Position numbers and translations under genes: made by a program. Positions 46,137-54,626 of a DNA stretch of 64,000 bases are shown one piece after another. Position 1 is the first letter of the stretch, and each line of letters starts with the position of its first letter. The DNA is taken from the IMG/VR virus record IMGVR_UViG_3300046819_000361; one strand, 5' to 3'. The stretch comes from a virus. Its lineage: Duplodnaviria; Caudoviricetes. The notes below the pieces were generated by a model, which made no database searches, was not told the DNA's origin, and saw nothing but the letters and a program-made list of their open reading frames with translations.

Positions 46137-46397
46137 ATGGGAATGTATAAAGATAAAACTGGTGTTGTTGGCGAGTTTCAAGAGAAAGAATTCAAACAGC
46201 ATTTTGAATTCAAACAGACTGAGCCGGATTCTTGGGGGGATTTATTTGGTTTCCCATACCGTGTAGCAGTCGGCCCACTAGGGGAAACCAGATATGCAAA
46301 AATTTCAAAAACTGTTGCTTATGTGGTTGTCGATCAAGATGATAATGGTGATCCAGTTTTAGAAAAATGGCAAATCAAACTACTTTGGAAAAAATAG
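46137..46397 (+). CDS. Hypothetical protein
   Basis: own promoter module. Confidence 0.7.
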   Translation: MGMYKDKTGVVGEFQEKEFKQHFEFKQTEPDSWGDLFGFPYRVAVGPLGETRYAKISKTVAYVVVDQDDNGDPVLEKWQIKLLWKK

Positions 46398-46459
46398 TTT
46401 GACAATCGCTTAAAGAGCCGTTAATATAGCGGCTCATTCAAACATTACCGGAGCAAGTC

Positions 46460-46885
46460 ATGGATAGAATAATCAACCACTTTCAAGCTGATTTCAAACA
46501 AGTTTTCCCTAATAGTCCAACTGGTGTGACTAATTCAGTTTTTGGACTATCAACCAGATTTATTAGCTTTACACTAGCACAAAAAAAGGATTATCCAAAC
46601 GGCATTATTAACAATGATCCGTTGCATACATCATTTAGTTTAACAGTAAATGCTGATGGTTCATATACTGTTGAACATACACAAGGTGCTTTATATGTCA
46701 ACCCACGAGAACGATTCATTGCCATGAGTTCTATCAAGACCAGATTAACTAAAAAAACTGGCAATGAAGATCAGGTAATAAAGCACTTGACAAAATGGAT
46801 TAACAAAGTAAAATCTATCGTCGTAGAAAATAAGAATGACATTTACGGTGGTTTGGAAAAATACCAAAAATACATCGTCGAATAA
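46460..46885 (+). CDS. Hypothetical protein
   Basis: own promoter module. Confidence 0.75.
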   Translation: MDRIINHFQADFKQVFPNSPTGVTNSVFGLSTRFISFTLAQKKDYPNGIINNDPLHTSFSLTVNADGSYTVEHTQGALYVNPRERFIAMSSIKTRLTKKTGNEDQVIKHLTKWINKVKSIVVENKNDIYGGLEKYQKYIVE

Positions 46886-46951
46886 AACTTGACAATAGTT
46901 TAAAGAGCCGTTAATATAGCGGCTCAATCAAACAATAATGGAGCAATAAAA

Positions 46952-47263
46952 ATGAACACAGTTTATACCAATGGTTATTATGGTCATAAAATGGAAACAA
47001 AAATTGACCTAGATAATAGCAGATTAGTTACCATTTCAACTATGAAAAGAAGTAGCGGGTTATTAGTAACCTTTGCCAGTGTCGGTACTAGAAACGGTGA
47101 TTTTATTAGTAGCATCATGTTTCAAGATTTTACTAAAAATCTTGCGTCACAAAAAATTCGTGTAACTGAAAAAGCAGTTAGACTACAACACCAACAAGCC
47201 TTGGACGGTATCGAATCGCTATTGGCTGAGATTGAAGACTTTTACAGTAAAGAAACAGCATAA
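46952..47263 (+). CDS. Hypothetical protein
   Basis: own promoter module. Confidence 0.75.
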   Translation: MNTVYTNGYYGHKMETKIDLDNSRLVTISTMKRSSGLLVTFASVGTRNGDFISSIMFQDFTKNLASQKIRVTEKAVRLQHQQALDGIESLLAEIEDFYSKETA

Positions 47264-47330
47264 AAAGCTTGACAGGTGCAATTATAGTGAATTATAATTG
47301 CACCATCTTAACAACACCGGAGCAAAAACC

Positions 47331-47651
47331 ATGTCGGTATCAGAGCAAAACATTCAAGATTATTTAACCCATATCGGCAACAAATACGCTGAGTTCCATG
47401 ATCGCATGGGCTTCACTTCCGAAGCAAACCGAGTTCAAAAATTCCGTGATTATTTGCGTACCACCGATGGCAAATCATACATCAAAGTAATTAAGGAAGG
47501 ATCGGTTCACAGTTTCATCGTAAAAGCCGATAATGGCAAATTCAAAGCCGGTGACGTGCTAAAAGCCGCCAGCTTTAACGCACCAGCTAAAAACTTCAAG
47601 CGTGGTAATGTGGTCACCGGTGATCTGGATAACATCGATTGGTCAATGTAA
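47331..47651 (+). CDS. Conserved-type T4-like phage protein (GDVLKAASFNAPAK..RGN)
   Basis: motif pattern, own promoter module. Confidence 0.75.
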   Translation: MSVSEQNIQDYLTHIGNKYAEFHDRMGFTSEANRVQKFRDYLRTTDGKSYIKVIKEGSVHSFIVKADNGKFKAGDVLKAASFNAPAKNFKRGNVVTGDLDNIDWSM

Positions 47652-47719
47652 AAAAAGACTTGACAGGTGCATGATGCTAGCTGTATCATGCACCTTTCTT
47701 ACATGACGGAGCAAATAAT

Positions 47720-47992
47720 ATGTGGTGGTGTACTTCATCAGGTGGCATTGAGTTAAACATTACTTTAAACAATGCAAAAAAATGCTTTCACTCAGGTGAT
47801 TGTGAATTGGATGTAATCGAGTTATCCAAAAAAGCATCAATCAAAAAACAAACCAAATTGATTGATAAAGAGCTATTAATTAAAGAGTTATCCGAGTATG
47901 GTGCATGGAATAACGAAGAGTTACAAGACCACGAACAAAATATAATTAGATTGTTATGGCTTGCCACTGCTGATATAGCAGAAAATAATTAA
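47720..47992 (+). CDS. Hypothetical protein
   Basis: own promoter module. Confidence 0.7.
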   Translation: MWWCTSSGGIELNITLNNAKKCFHSGDCELDVIELSKKASIKKQTKLIDKELLIKELSEYGAWNNEELQDHEQNIIRLLWLATADIAENN

Positions 47993-48056
47993 TCACTTGA
48001 CAGGTGCATGATGCTAGCTGTATCATGTGCCTTTCTTAACATGATGGAGCAAAACA

Positions 48057-48371
48057 ATGGTTGATTTAATCGCAAAAACCGGACACGTTTGGGTAAAATG
48101 CAAAAAATGCGATTGCGATTTTCAAGCTAGAATAGCTGATCGCAATCGTGGCTGGGGGAAGTTTTGTTCAAAATCATGTAAAGCTAAAGAGCAGGAAAAC
48201 CGCACTGGCCAATATCGTGCATACGCATCAAGACAGGTTCAAAAAATCAACGGCAGTACAATCAGCCGTGAATTAGCTAAAAAATCTAAAGACCTAGTTG
48301 AAGTTTATGATGATGGCAGTTTTACTTATATCAATCATTTTGGTGGCTGGGATGACCATAAATTTGATTGA
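48057..48371 (+). CDS. Zinc-finger protein
   Basis: CKKC...RGWGKFCSKSCKA. Confidence 0.7.
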   Translation: MVDLIAKTGHVWVKCKKCDCDFQARIADRNRGWGKFCSKSCKAKEQENRTGQYRAYASRQVQKINGSTISRELAKKSKDLVEVYDDGSFTYINHFGGWDDHKFD

Positions 48372-48428
48372 CAGATTAAATAATAGCCGCTAATATAGCC
48401 GCTCTTTTAACAACACCGGAGTAAAAAA

Positions 48429-48734
48429 ATGGCATTAACACCATTAACCGAACGCCAAAAAACCTTGATCGTGAACAACGTGGTGAAGGCTGTTAAGGAT
48501 ATTACAAAGCTTAACAAAACAGGATATAACTTCCTATATCTTGCCAGTGGTTTTATCGCCTATCATAACCTGTATGGATTTATCGAGCATTTTAAAGATT
48601 ATGACTTAAAGCGCGATATTTTGGCCAACCATCGCCAAAACCAATGGCTTAATTTTCGCCTAGGCGATAATGATTATGACTATTACAAGTCAAAAGCCGA
48701 TGTTTATAATCGTATTGTGGAAGCGATAAAATAA
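48429..48734 (+). CDS. Hypothetical protein
   Basis: own promoter module. Confidence 0.75.
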   Translation: MALTPLTERQKTLIVNNVVKAVKDITKLNKTGYNFLYLASGFIAYHNLYGFIEHFKDYDLKRDILANHRQNQWLNFRLGDNDYDYYKSKADVYNRIVEAIK

Positions 48735-49243
48735 TTTGACACGAGCGGCTAATTTGGATTATATTAGCCGCTCTTTTAACAACACCGGAGCAAAAAAATG
48801 GATGCCCACGTTAAAGCCTTTTATGATGATATAGAGGCAAATTATGACGAGATTCAAGCAAAAGCTATGCGGGAAGCCGAAGACCGCTGGCTTGATGCTG
48901 GATGCCCTAGTAACGGGTTCGATGAGTTTGGCGATTAAATAATTTGACACGAGCGGCTAATTTGGATTATATTAGCCGCTCATTCATTCACACATTACCA
49001 TAAAGAGGTTTTATGTCTATAACACGGGGCGACTTGTTAGATAAAGGCGGGATTGAAGTTTCTAACTCATGGGATATTATCCTAGACGGTGTACGATGGA
49101 TTGAAAAACCATCCGATAATGGCAATGGTTGGTATGCAGGTTCGTCGGATAATACCGACAACCTAATTTACATCAAGGCTTGATTTTAAAATAAGAGCGG
49201 TTTATAATAGCCGCTCTTTTAACAACAACACCGGAGCAAAATC

Positions 49244-49432
49244 ATGATTGAAATAAAAAAAGGCGTTTCAAAAACGACCTTCCCTATCGATAAAATCGCG
49301 GCGGTAGCGCTACAATTAGCTGGTGGCGGCTATACAGTCGCACAAACAGCTAAAGCTATGGAAATCCAAGCTGATTTGAAAGCTGGAAAAACTGTAAAAG
49401 CCAAAGGCTTTACAGTTAAAATTATCGATTGA
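49244..49432 (+). CDS. Hypothetical protein
   Basis: own promoter module. Confidence 0.7.
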   Translation: MIEIKKGVSKTTFPIDKIAAVALQLAGGGYTVAQTAKAMEIQADLKAGKTVKAKGFTVKIID

Positions 49433-49488
49433 TTTTAAAATAAGAGCGGTTTATAATAGCCGCTCTTTTAATAAAACCGGAGCAAACC

Positions 49489-49653
49489 ATGTTTGATTAC
49501 GACGTTACTGACGACCCTTATTATGACCCAGCACCAGATGAGCCAGAGGGCGATTTTGATGACGATGGTACTTGCAATGCCTGTGATGGTACAGGCGAAG
49601 GCCATAATGATTATACATCATGCGGCTCATGCGGTGGCTCAGGCCACCGCTAA
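49489..49653 (+). CDS. Acidic micro-protein with DnaJ-type CxxCxGxG zinc finger
   Basis: manual translation ...CNACDGTG...CGSCGGSG. Confidence 0.65.
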   Translation: MFDYDVTDDPYYDPAPDEPEGDFDDDGTCNACDGTGEGHNDYTSCGSCGGSGHR

Positions 49654-49677
49654 TTATTGCTAGCTGTATTAGCGCCA

Positions 49678-49811
49678 CTATATCCGGTGGCGTTAATACA
49701 TCAGGTGCATATTATGCTAGCTGTGATTATCATCCAGCGCTTGATTATGCGATATTATACGCTATATCCGGTGGCGTTAATACATCAGGTGCATATTATG
49801 CTAGCTGTGAT
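49678..49811. repeat. ~50-bp direct repeat containing the TGCTAGCTG box
   Basis: CTATATCCGGTGGCGTTAATACATCAGGTGCATATTATGCTAGCTGTGAT x2. Confidence 0.85.
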
Positions 49812-50094
49812 AATCATATAGTGCTATTATAAGCGCTCACATAACAAAGGATTACATTATGACCACGTTACAATTATTGCAAAAAGCTAACGAGTTAAAC
49901 ATCATGATTAACGAGTTATTATCATTACCAGATGATACACTACTGGGATTATTAGATAATCCTAATGCGGCTATTTCAAGCGATTTGCGGCTCTTGATTG
50001 AAAACCGTTTAGGCTGGATAAAATAATTTGACACGAGCGGCTAAAGCTGTGATAAACTAGCCGCTCTTTCAACCACTTTACAAAGGATTTTATT

Positions 50095-50271
50095 ATGAGC
50101 GTTTACACAGATAACGGCTACAAAAACCGCAAGGATTATCTTAAAAACCTTGCAGACGAGATGGGTATCGATACCGATACCGTTTTTATGATGGCCTCTG
50201 TACTGGGTGCAAGTGAAGACTTTGATGGCCTTGTTACTAGCCTTGAAGACATGGCCGATGGGTATTTTTGA
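50095..50271 (+). CDS. Hypothetical protein (58 aa)
   Basis: MSVYTDNGYKNRKDYL...EDFDGLVTSLED; own promoter. Confidence 0.7.
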   Translation: MSVYTDNGYKNRKDYLKNLADEMGIDTDTVFMMASVLGASEDFDGLVTSLEDMADGYF

Positions 50272-50279
50272 TTGATAAC

Positions 50280-50307
50280 AGCGCCGCCGTAACAGGTGGC
50301 GCTTTTG
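50280..50307 (+). terminator. Intrinsic terminator
   Basis: GCGCCGCC gtaaca GGTGGCGC TTTT. Confidence 0.7.
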
Positions 50308-50309
50308 TC

Positions 50310-50417
50310 GCTGGTGCTGGTGCTGGTGCTGGTGCTGGTGCTGGTGCTGGTGCTGGTGCTGGTGCTGGTGCTGGTGCTGGTGCTGGTGCTGGTGCTGGTG
50401 CTGGTGCTGGTGCTGGT
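50310..50417 (+). repeat. (GCTGGT)18 microsatellite, Chi-like
   Basis: 18 perfect hexamer units. Confidence 0.95.
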
Positions 50418-50728
50418 GCGTACTATACGCACCAGAACAAGGATATAAACCACGCTGATTCGATTTGAGCGGTTTTTTGTCCCTTCCCTTCCCTTCCCTA
50501 TTGCCTCGATTTTTTCGCGGTTTGTAGGCGATTGTTTATAAGCAATTGCTTATTTTTGTCGTGCGTGAAAAAAAATCTTGACAGGTTTAAAAAAATCGCT
50601 AGAATGCCTAACCAAGCCAACCGGCTGACGCTCTTTAACAATTTGGGATATTAACCACGGGGTTATTCATTACCTTTAGTGGAACGTATCAAAACTAAAA
50701 TTATTTTTCAATTTGTTAGGGGATTATC

Positions 50729-51190
50729 ATGGAAGTCAATAGTTTTTTCGTGGCCATTATTGATGGCTACAATAAAGGGGTTTTTTCCATTGTCGAAATG
50801 GAAAAACAATTGAAAGTCAAAAAAGGCTTTCAACCGATTACCAAAAAATCATCGTTCCAAGTGCAACTTGGCGTTGAATACGACAATAAAAAGTCGGTTC
50901 AAGAGAAAAGGGCAGACGGTAGTTTACCGTCTGAAAATCAGGGCTTGCCGTGGGGCGAGTGGTTGCAATATCCTTATGTGATAACTCATAAGGGCGAGCA
51001 GTATTTGAGAGTTTCGCTTTTTAACGGCTCTTATAAGCCTACGGCAATTTATTTGCAGAATGGGGTTGAAATAAGCCGCGAGCAGGCGCAGGCGCAGGCC
51101 TACGCAAGCGAATTTCAAGACCATTCAGGGGCTGATTGTTTCAGTCTGAAAGCTTCAAACATTGTTCGAGTCGGTAAATTCGAACAATAA
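50729..51190 (+). CDS. Hypothetical protein (LPWGEW..YP...HKG..YLR)
   Basis: ORF track; promoter TTGACA..TAGAAT at 50578-50605. Confidence 0.75.
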   Translation: MEVNSFFVAIIDGYNKGVFSIVEMEKQLKVKKGFQPITKKSSFQVQLGVEYDNKKSVQEKRADGSLPSENQGLPWGEWLQYPYVITHKGEQYLRVSLFNGSYKPTAIYLQNGVEISREQAQAQAYASEFQDHSGADCFSLKASNIVRVGKFEQ

Positions 51191-51459
51191 ATTTCAATAG
51201 GGCAGGGGATAGCGTTTAGTTATCCCCTCTTAATGGGGGCTATCAACATGATTTTTTTATTATTGTTTTTCGCGGTGCTGATTACTTCAGTTTCCGCGTT
51301 ATTATCTGAGAGCGGCAAGCAATTTGCCGCTCTTTTAGTCACATTAGCTTTTCTGGTGGGATTCACTAGCGGCTTAATCACGGCTTAAATTTCAATAGGG
51401 CAGGGGATAGCGTTTAGTTATCCCCGCGCCTTCAATAAACTATTTAAAAAGGATTAAAA

Positions 51460-51651
51460 ATGAAAACCTTTAAAACGCAACAAAACGCGGTAGACCGCGC
51501 GAAGCGGTTATTGACTGCCGTTTTTAACGGCAAGCCTTTATTCCAAGAGTCTTGGAATAAAGACTGTACAGTCTTTATTTTCATTCCTAACGTGGGCGGC
51601 TATCACGTTAGGAATGTGAACAATATGTTCACGTTAATTTTTGATAGATAG
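51460..51651 (+). CDS. Hypothetical protein
   Basis: AAGGA RBS. Confidence 0.6.
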   Translation: MKTFKTQQNAVDRAKRLLTAVFNGKPLFQESWNKDCTVFIFIPNVGGYHVRNVNNMFTLIFDR

Positions 51652-51667
51652 CGGGTAAGAGGGTATT

Positions 51668-51922
51668 ATGAAAAAAGCAACAGTACACGCCACAGACTTT
51701 TTTTCGGTGGCATTTAAACCGTTTAATACATTAAACGGATTTTTACGGTGGTACACTACCGCAACTTATGCGGGGGCATTTATTAACCCGCAAATCATAC
51801 GGGTAGTGTTACCCGTGTTCAATCGAAAAGACGATATTTTGCCGCGCTCAGTATTACGGCAAGCTCAATCAGAGCTGATTGAGCTGGGGATTTTAACCCC
51901 AGATAGTACGCTGGGCGTTTAG
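51668..51922 (+). CDS. Hypothetical protein
   Basis: GAGGG RBS. Confidence 0.6.
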   Translation: MKKATVHATDFFSVAFKPFNTLNGFLRWYTTATYAGAFINPQIIRVVLPVFNRKDDILPRSVLRQAQSELIELGILTPDSTLGV

Positions 51923-52048
51923 TAGGGCAGGGGATAACATAATGTTATCCCCACTAATTCAATTCAAGAGCAAAGTCGAGTAGGGCAGGGGGGTCGGGGG
52001 TGTAAATGAGAATGATTCGCGTTTGCGCGAGCTGCGCGTAAATTTTTT

Positions 52049-52097
52049 ATTTTCTTTTTATTTTCTTTTTATTTTCTTTTTATTTTCTTTTTATTTT
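52049..52097. repeat. (ATTTTCTTTTT)4 phased T-tract repeat
   Basis: 11-bp period. Confidence 0.9.
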
Positions 52098-52164
52098 AGA
52101 CCCCTATATGTTGAAAAACAAGTCCCTTCGCCGGGAAGTACCTCTCCCCAATTTTTTGCGCGGG

Positions 52165-52346
52165 TTATTTTTTCGAAAAAAATCCGAAAATTTTGATTGA
52201 CCGTTGATTGAGTATATATTTATATATAGGATGTTGTATTACATCTTCTGTCAACGTGTCGCCTTTAACGATATTATCTTTTGCCCACAATGGTCGAATA
52301 TTAGTATAATGATACAATGCTTATAAGTTGGTTGATAAATATTCAT
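52165..52346 (-). pseudogene. Internally deleted HNH endonuclease
   Basis: MNIYQPTYKHC joined out of frame to LYHYTNIRPLWAKDNIVKGDTLTEDVIQHPIY, matching both ends of the 35196/38037 HNHs. Confidence 0.8.
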
Positions 52347-52584
52347 GTTGATACTCCGTTAAAGTATTAAAGTAGTTGGGAATTGCCGTTCCGCGAGCTA
52401 CATCATTATTTATCCTTCCTAAAAAGTAAGTCGTCTAAATCGTTAAGTACCTTATAAAATTTTTGCGCCGAAAAATTTTTTTCTATGGAAATAGAAAATT
52501 GTGGTATATATTATTCTACCCTGCTAGCTCTATCTAATATTTTTATTGAATATGGATGATGGCATTTAGGGTATAAATAATATT

Positions 52585-52932
52585 ATGAACAATATAAGTC
52601 TAATAAATGAAATGGTTATTGATGGTGAATTAATCATAATGAGAATCATAGAAGAAGAGTTGATCTCTATTAAATTTGATAATCCAATGAAGGTTAATTT
52701 TGAATTAAGTCATATGACCTTATTATCATTAGGTGTTTATCGTGAATTAAAGCAGATAATTAATAGCTATCCTAACAAGCAGTTTTTATTATGTTCTGAA
52801 TCGGATAACGAAACAGTTAAGGCATTATATCAAGATACTGCCTATTATTTATCAAAACGATTGGGCATGAGTAAACGATGTATTGATAATGGGTATGTAT
52901 TAACATCTAGGAAGAATAAAATTGAAAATTAG
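52585..52932 (+). CDS. Hypothetical protein
   Basis: follows TATAAATA. Confidence 0.65.
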   Translation: MNNISLINEMVIDGELIIMRIIEEELISIKFDNPMKVNFELSHMTLLSLGVYRELKQIINSYPNKQFLLCSESDNETVKALYQDTAYYLSKRLGMSKRCIDNGYVLTSRKNKIEN

Positions 52933-53455
52933 GGAAATCATAAATCAGTTCACGGAAACATTAGATACGAAAGCTGACGTCAATTGGTCAACAAACGGCC
53001 AATATTTACAAGGCACGTTTATCCGCGATAACCATGAGTACTTGATTACTGCCAAATCGATAAACTTGTCAAAATTAATTGATAGTCGATTTATAAATTG
53101 TATTGAAATATCATTTCAAATATTGGATAAGTATGGTGAATATTCGTATGATGCAGGGAGATCTTCAAAAAATATGTTTTCAATTTTGGCTATAGTGTAT
53201 AACGCAATTATACAAAAAATCACCAATTTATCAACATATGATGCTATTATTTTCACAGCAACTGCATATGATGGGGCATTTCTTCAAAGATCATCCTTAT
53301 ATAACCGGTTATCAAGTACTTTAGCGAAAAAGCATAATTTAAATTCGTATAGTATTCGTTCAACACAAGAGTTATTGCAATTCTATATTATTACTAAACA
53401 TTATATTTCCGATATCTTGATTGGTAAACTACAGAACATCATTCATGACTATTAA
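52922..53455 (+). CDS. Hypothetical protein (MKIREII..TE N-terminus)
   Basis: ORF track. Confidence 0.65.
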   Translation: MKIREIINQFTETLDTKADVNWSTNGQYLQGTFIRDNHEYLITAKSINLSKLIDSRFINCIEISFQILDKYGEYSYDAGRSSKNMFSILAIVYNAIIQKITNLSTYDAIIFTATAYDGAFLQRSSLYNRLSSTLAKKHNLNSYSIRSTQELLQFYIITKHYISDILIGKLQNIIHDY

Positions 53456-53537
53456 AGATGATATTATTCTACCCTGCTAGCTCTATCTAATATTTTTATT
53501 GAATATGGATGATGGCATTTAGGGTATAAATAGACGT

Positions 53538-54188
53538 ATGAAAATAAAAGAATTATTTGAAAATGGGATGATCATATCTCCACAGTTTAAGTCTTGGTTT
53601 GGTAATAGTATTGTTATAGATAGTGTTGGCAATCCGATACCGATGTATCATGGTACAGCGGGTGATATTGGTCAATTTACTGGTTTTGTAAATTGGTTTG
53701 CTAGTAGTCCTAAATTTGCGAGTGACTATGCTGATATGCGAGATTTTAATAAAGGTGGTGGAGGCAATGTTGTAAAGGCGTATATCAAAGCTGAGCGACC
53801 ATTTAATGCTGATAGATTGAGTAAAGGTTCGAACACCATTCCGATGTTTGTAATGGAATTAGTTAAGCAAGCAGATGAGAATGGGGTTAATTTTGATGAG
53901 CGGGTTGCTAGACATTTATTAGATGTTATAAAGGCTAGTGCTAGGGAAGAGGAATCTGGTCCGCATTATTCTGCTCATGATTTTTGGTTTAATACTGGTT
54001 CATCCTTTGGTGAGCGTGGTAGTAATGCGATTAGAGAATTATTTAAGATTTTGGGATTTGATAGTATCAAGTATACTGAAGATGGTGAGTTCACTATTGG
54101 TGTGTTTCGGGGTAATCAAATCAAATCTGCAGTGGGTAATAGTGGGATCTATGATCCCACTAGTGATGATATTGTGAAAGAGTGGTGA
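53538..54188 (+). CDS. ART-PolyVal-like ADP-ribosyltransferase domain protein
   Basis: FKSWFGNS.VID..G.P..MYHGT...GFDSI...QIKSAVGN.G.Y; paralog of 6317. Confidence 0.7.
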   Translation: MKIKELFENGMIISPQFKSWFGNSIVIDSVGNPIPMYHGTAGDIGQFTGFVNWFASSPKFASDYADMRDFNKGGGGNVVKAYIKAERPFNADRLSKGSNTIPMFVMELVKQADENGVNFDERVARHLLDVIKASAREEESGPHYSAHDFWFNTGSSFGERGSNAIRELFKILGFDSIKYTEDGEFTIGVFRGNQIKSAVGNSGIYDPTSDDIVKEW

Positions 54189-54254
54189 TTAGTTAAATAG
54201 GAATCGGTAATGATTTTTATTGCATTATTACCTATAGTTTATAATATTTTCATC

Positions 54255-54626
54255 TTATGTCCTATTAATTGGTTTAGCGCCAATAATTTGTTGTGGTACT
54301 TGAGCCTGTTGTCTTAATTTCAAGTCATCTTCACGAGCGTTTGGATTTTTTGAAATAGTTGGTGCAATAGCTTGCCAACCTTTTTGTGTCATTAGTTGTG
54401 CTTGTAATCTGCCATTTCTAAAAGAAGGTCGTGTTAAATCTTCATCGGCTGACACTGGATCATGTGGGTTTGCAAGTTGATAATTTAGACCGGCTTTATG
54501 TCCTGGGCAATTTGGGTCATTCTGGTCAACACAGGGGTGCATATCGTTTGGTCCTTTAGGAGGTTTAGGACCGTAACGAAAGAATGAGCCGTTGCCGATT
54601 GATTCTGTAATTTCTTTAATTTTCAT
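54255..54626 (-). CDS. Hypothetical protein (MKIKEITE N-terminus)
   Basis: ORF track. Confidence 0.65.
   Translation of the reverse strand: MKIKEITESIGNGSFFRYGPKPPKGPNDMHPCVDQNDPNCPGHKAGLNYQLANPHDPVSADEDLTRPSFRNGRLQAQLMTQKGWQAIAPTISKNPNAREDDLKLRQQAQVPQQIIGAKPINRT

Larger units (their letters stand above)
28250..50090 (+). promoter_or_regulatory. Roughly 40 or more repeated early-promoter modules: TTGACA + hairpin or TGCTAGCTG box over -10 + CATCTTAAC/GCTCTTTTAAC + GGAGCA RBS
   Basis: e.g. TTGACAccagtttGGGGTTATgtaataATAACCCCatcttaac..GGAGCA near 32566, 32831, 33274, 41415, 41835, 42104, 42715, 42917; GAGCCGTTATAATAGCGGCTC type near 30678, 43365, 43973, 46399, 46889. Confidence 0.9.
51190..51995 (+). 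repeat. Four TAGGGCAGGGG motifs, three continuing into a GGGGATA..TTATCCCC hairpin
   Basis: near 51198, 51395, 51923, 51981; three lie just after stop codons. Confidence 0.75.
52508..53532 (+). repeat. 72-bp direct repeats (52508-52579, 53461-53532) each ending in a T4-type late promoter TATAAATA
   Basis: identical sequence seen twice. Confidence 0.85.

Noticed and set aside
49620-49832. 70-aa ORF with internal repeat
   Set aside because: Produced by the 50-bp regulatory duplication and overlaps the better DnaJ-type zinc-finger ORF
50136-50468. Poly(Gly-Ala) and poly(Thr-Ser) ORFs
   Set aside because: By-products of the stop-free hexamer tract; the plus ORF spans a terminator and has a weak TTG start
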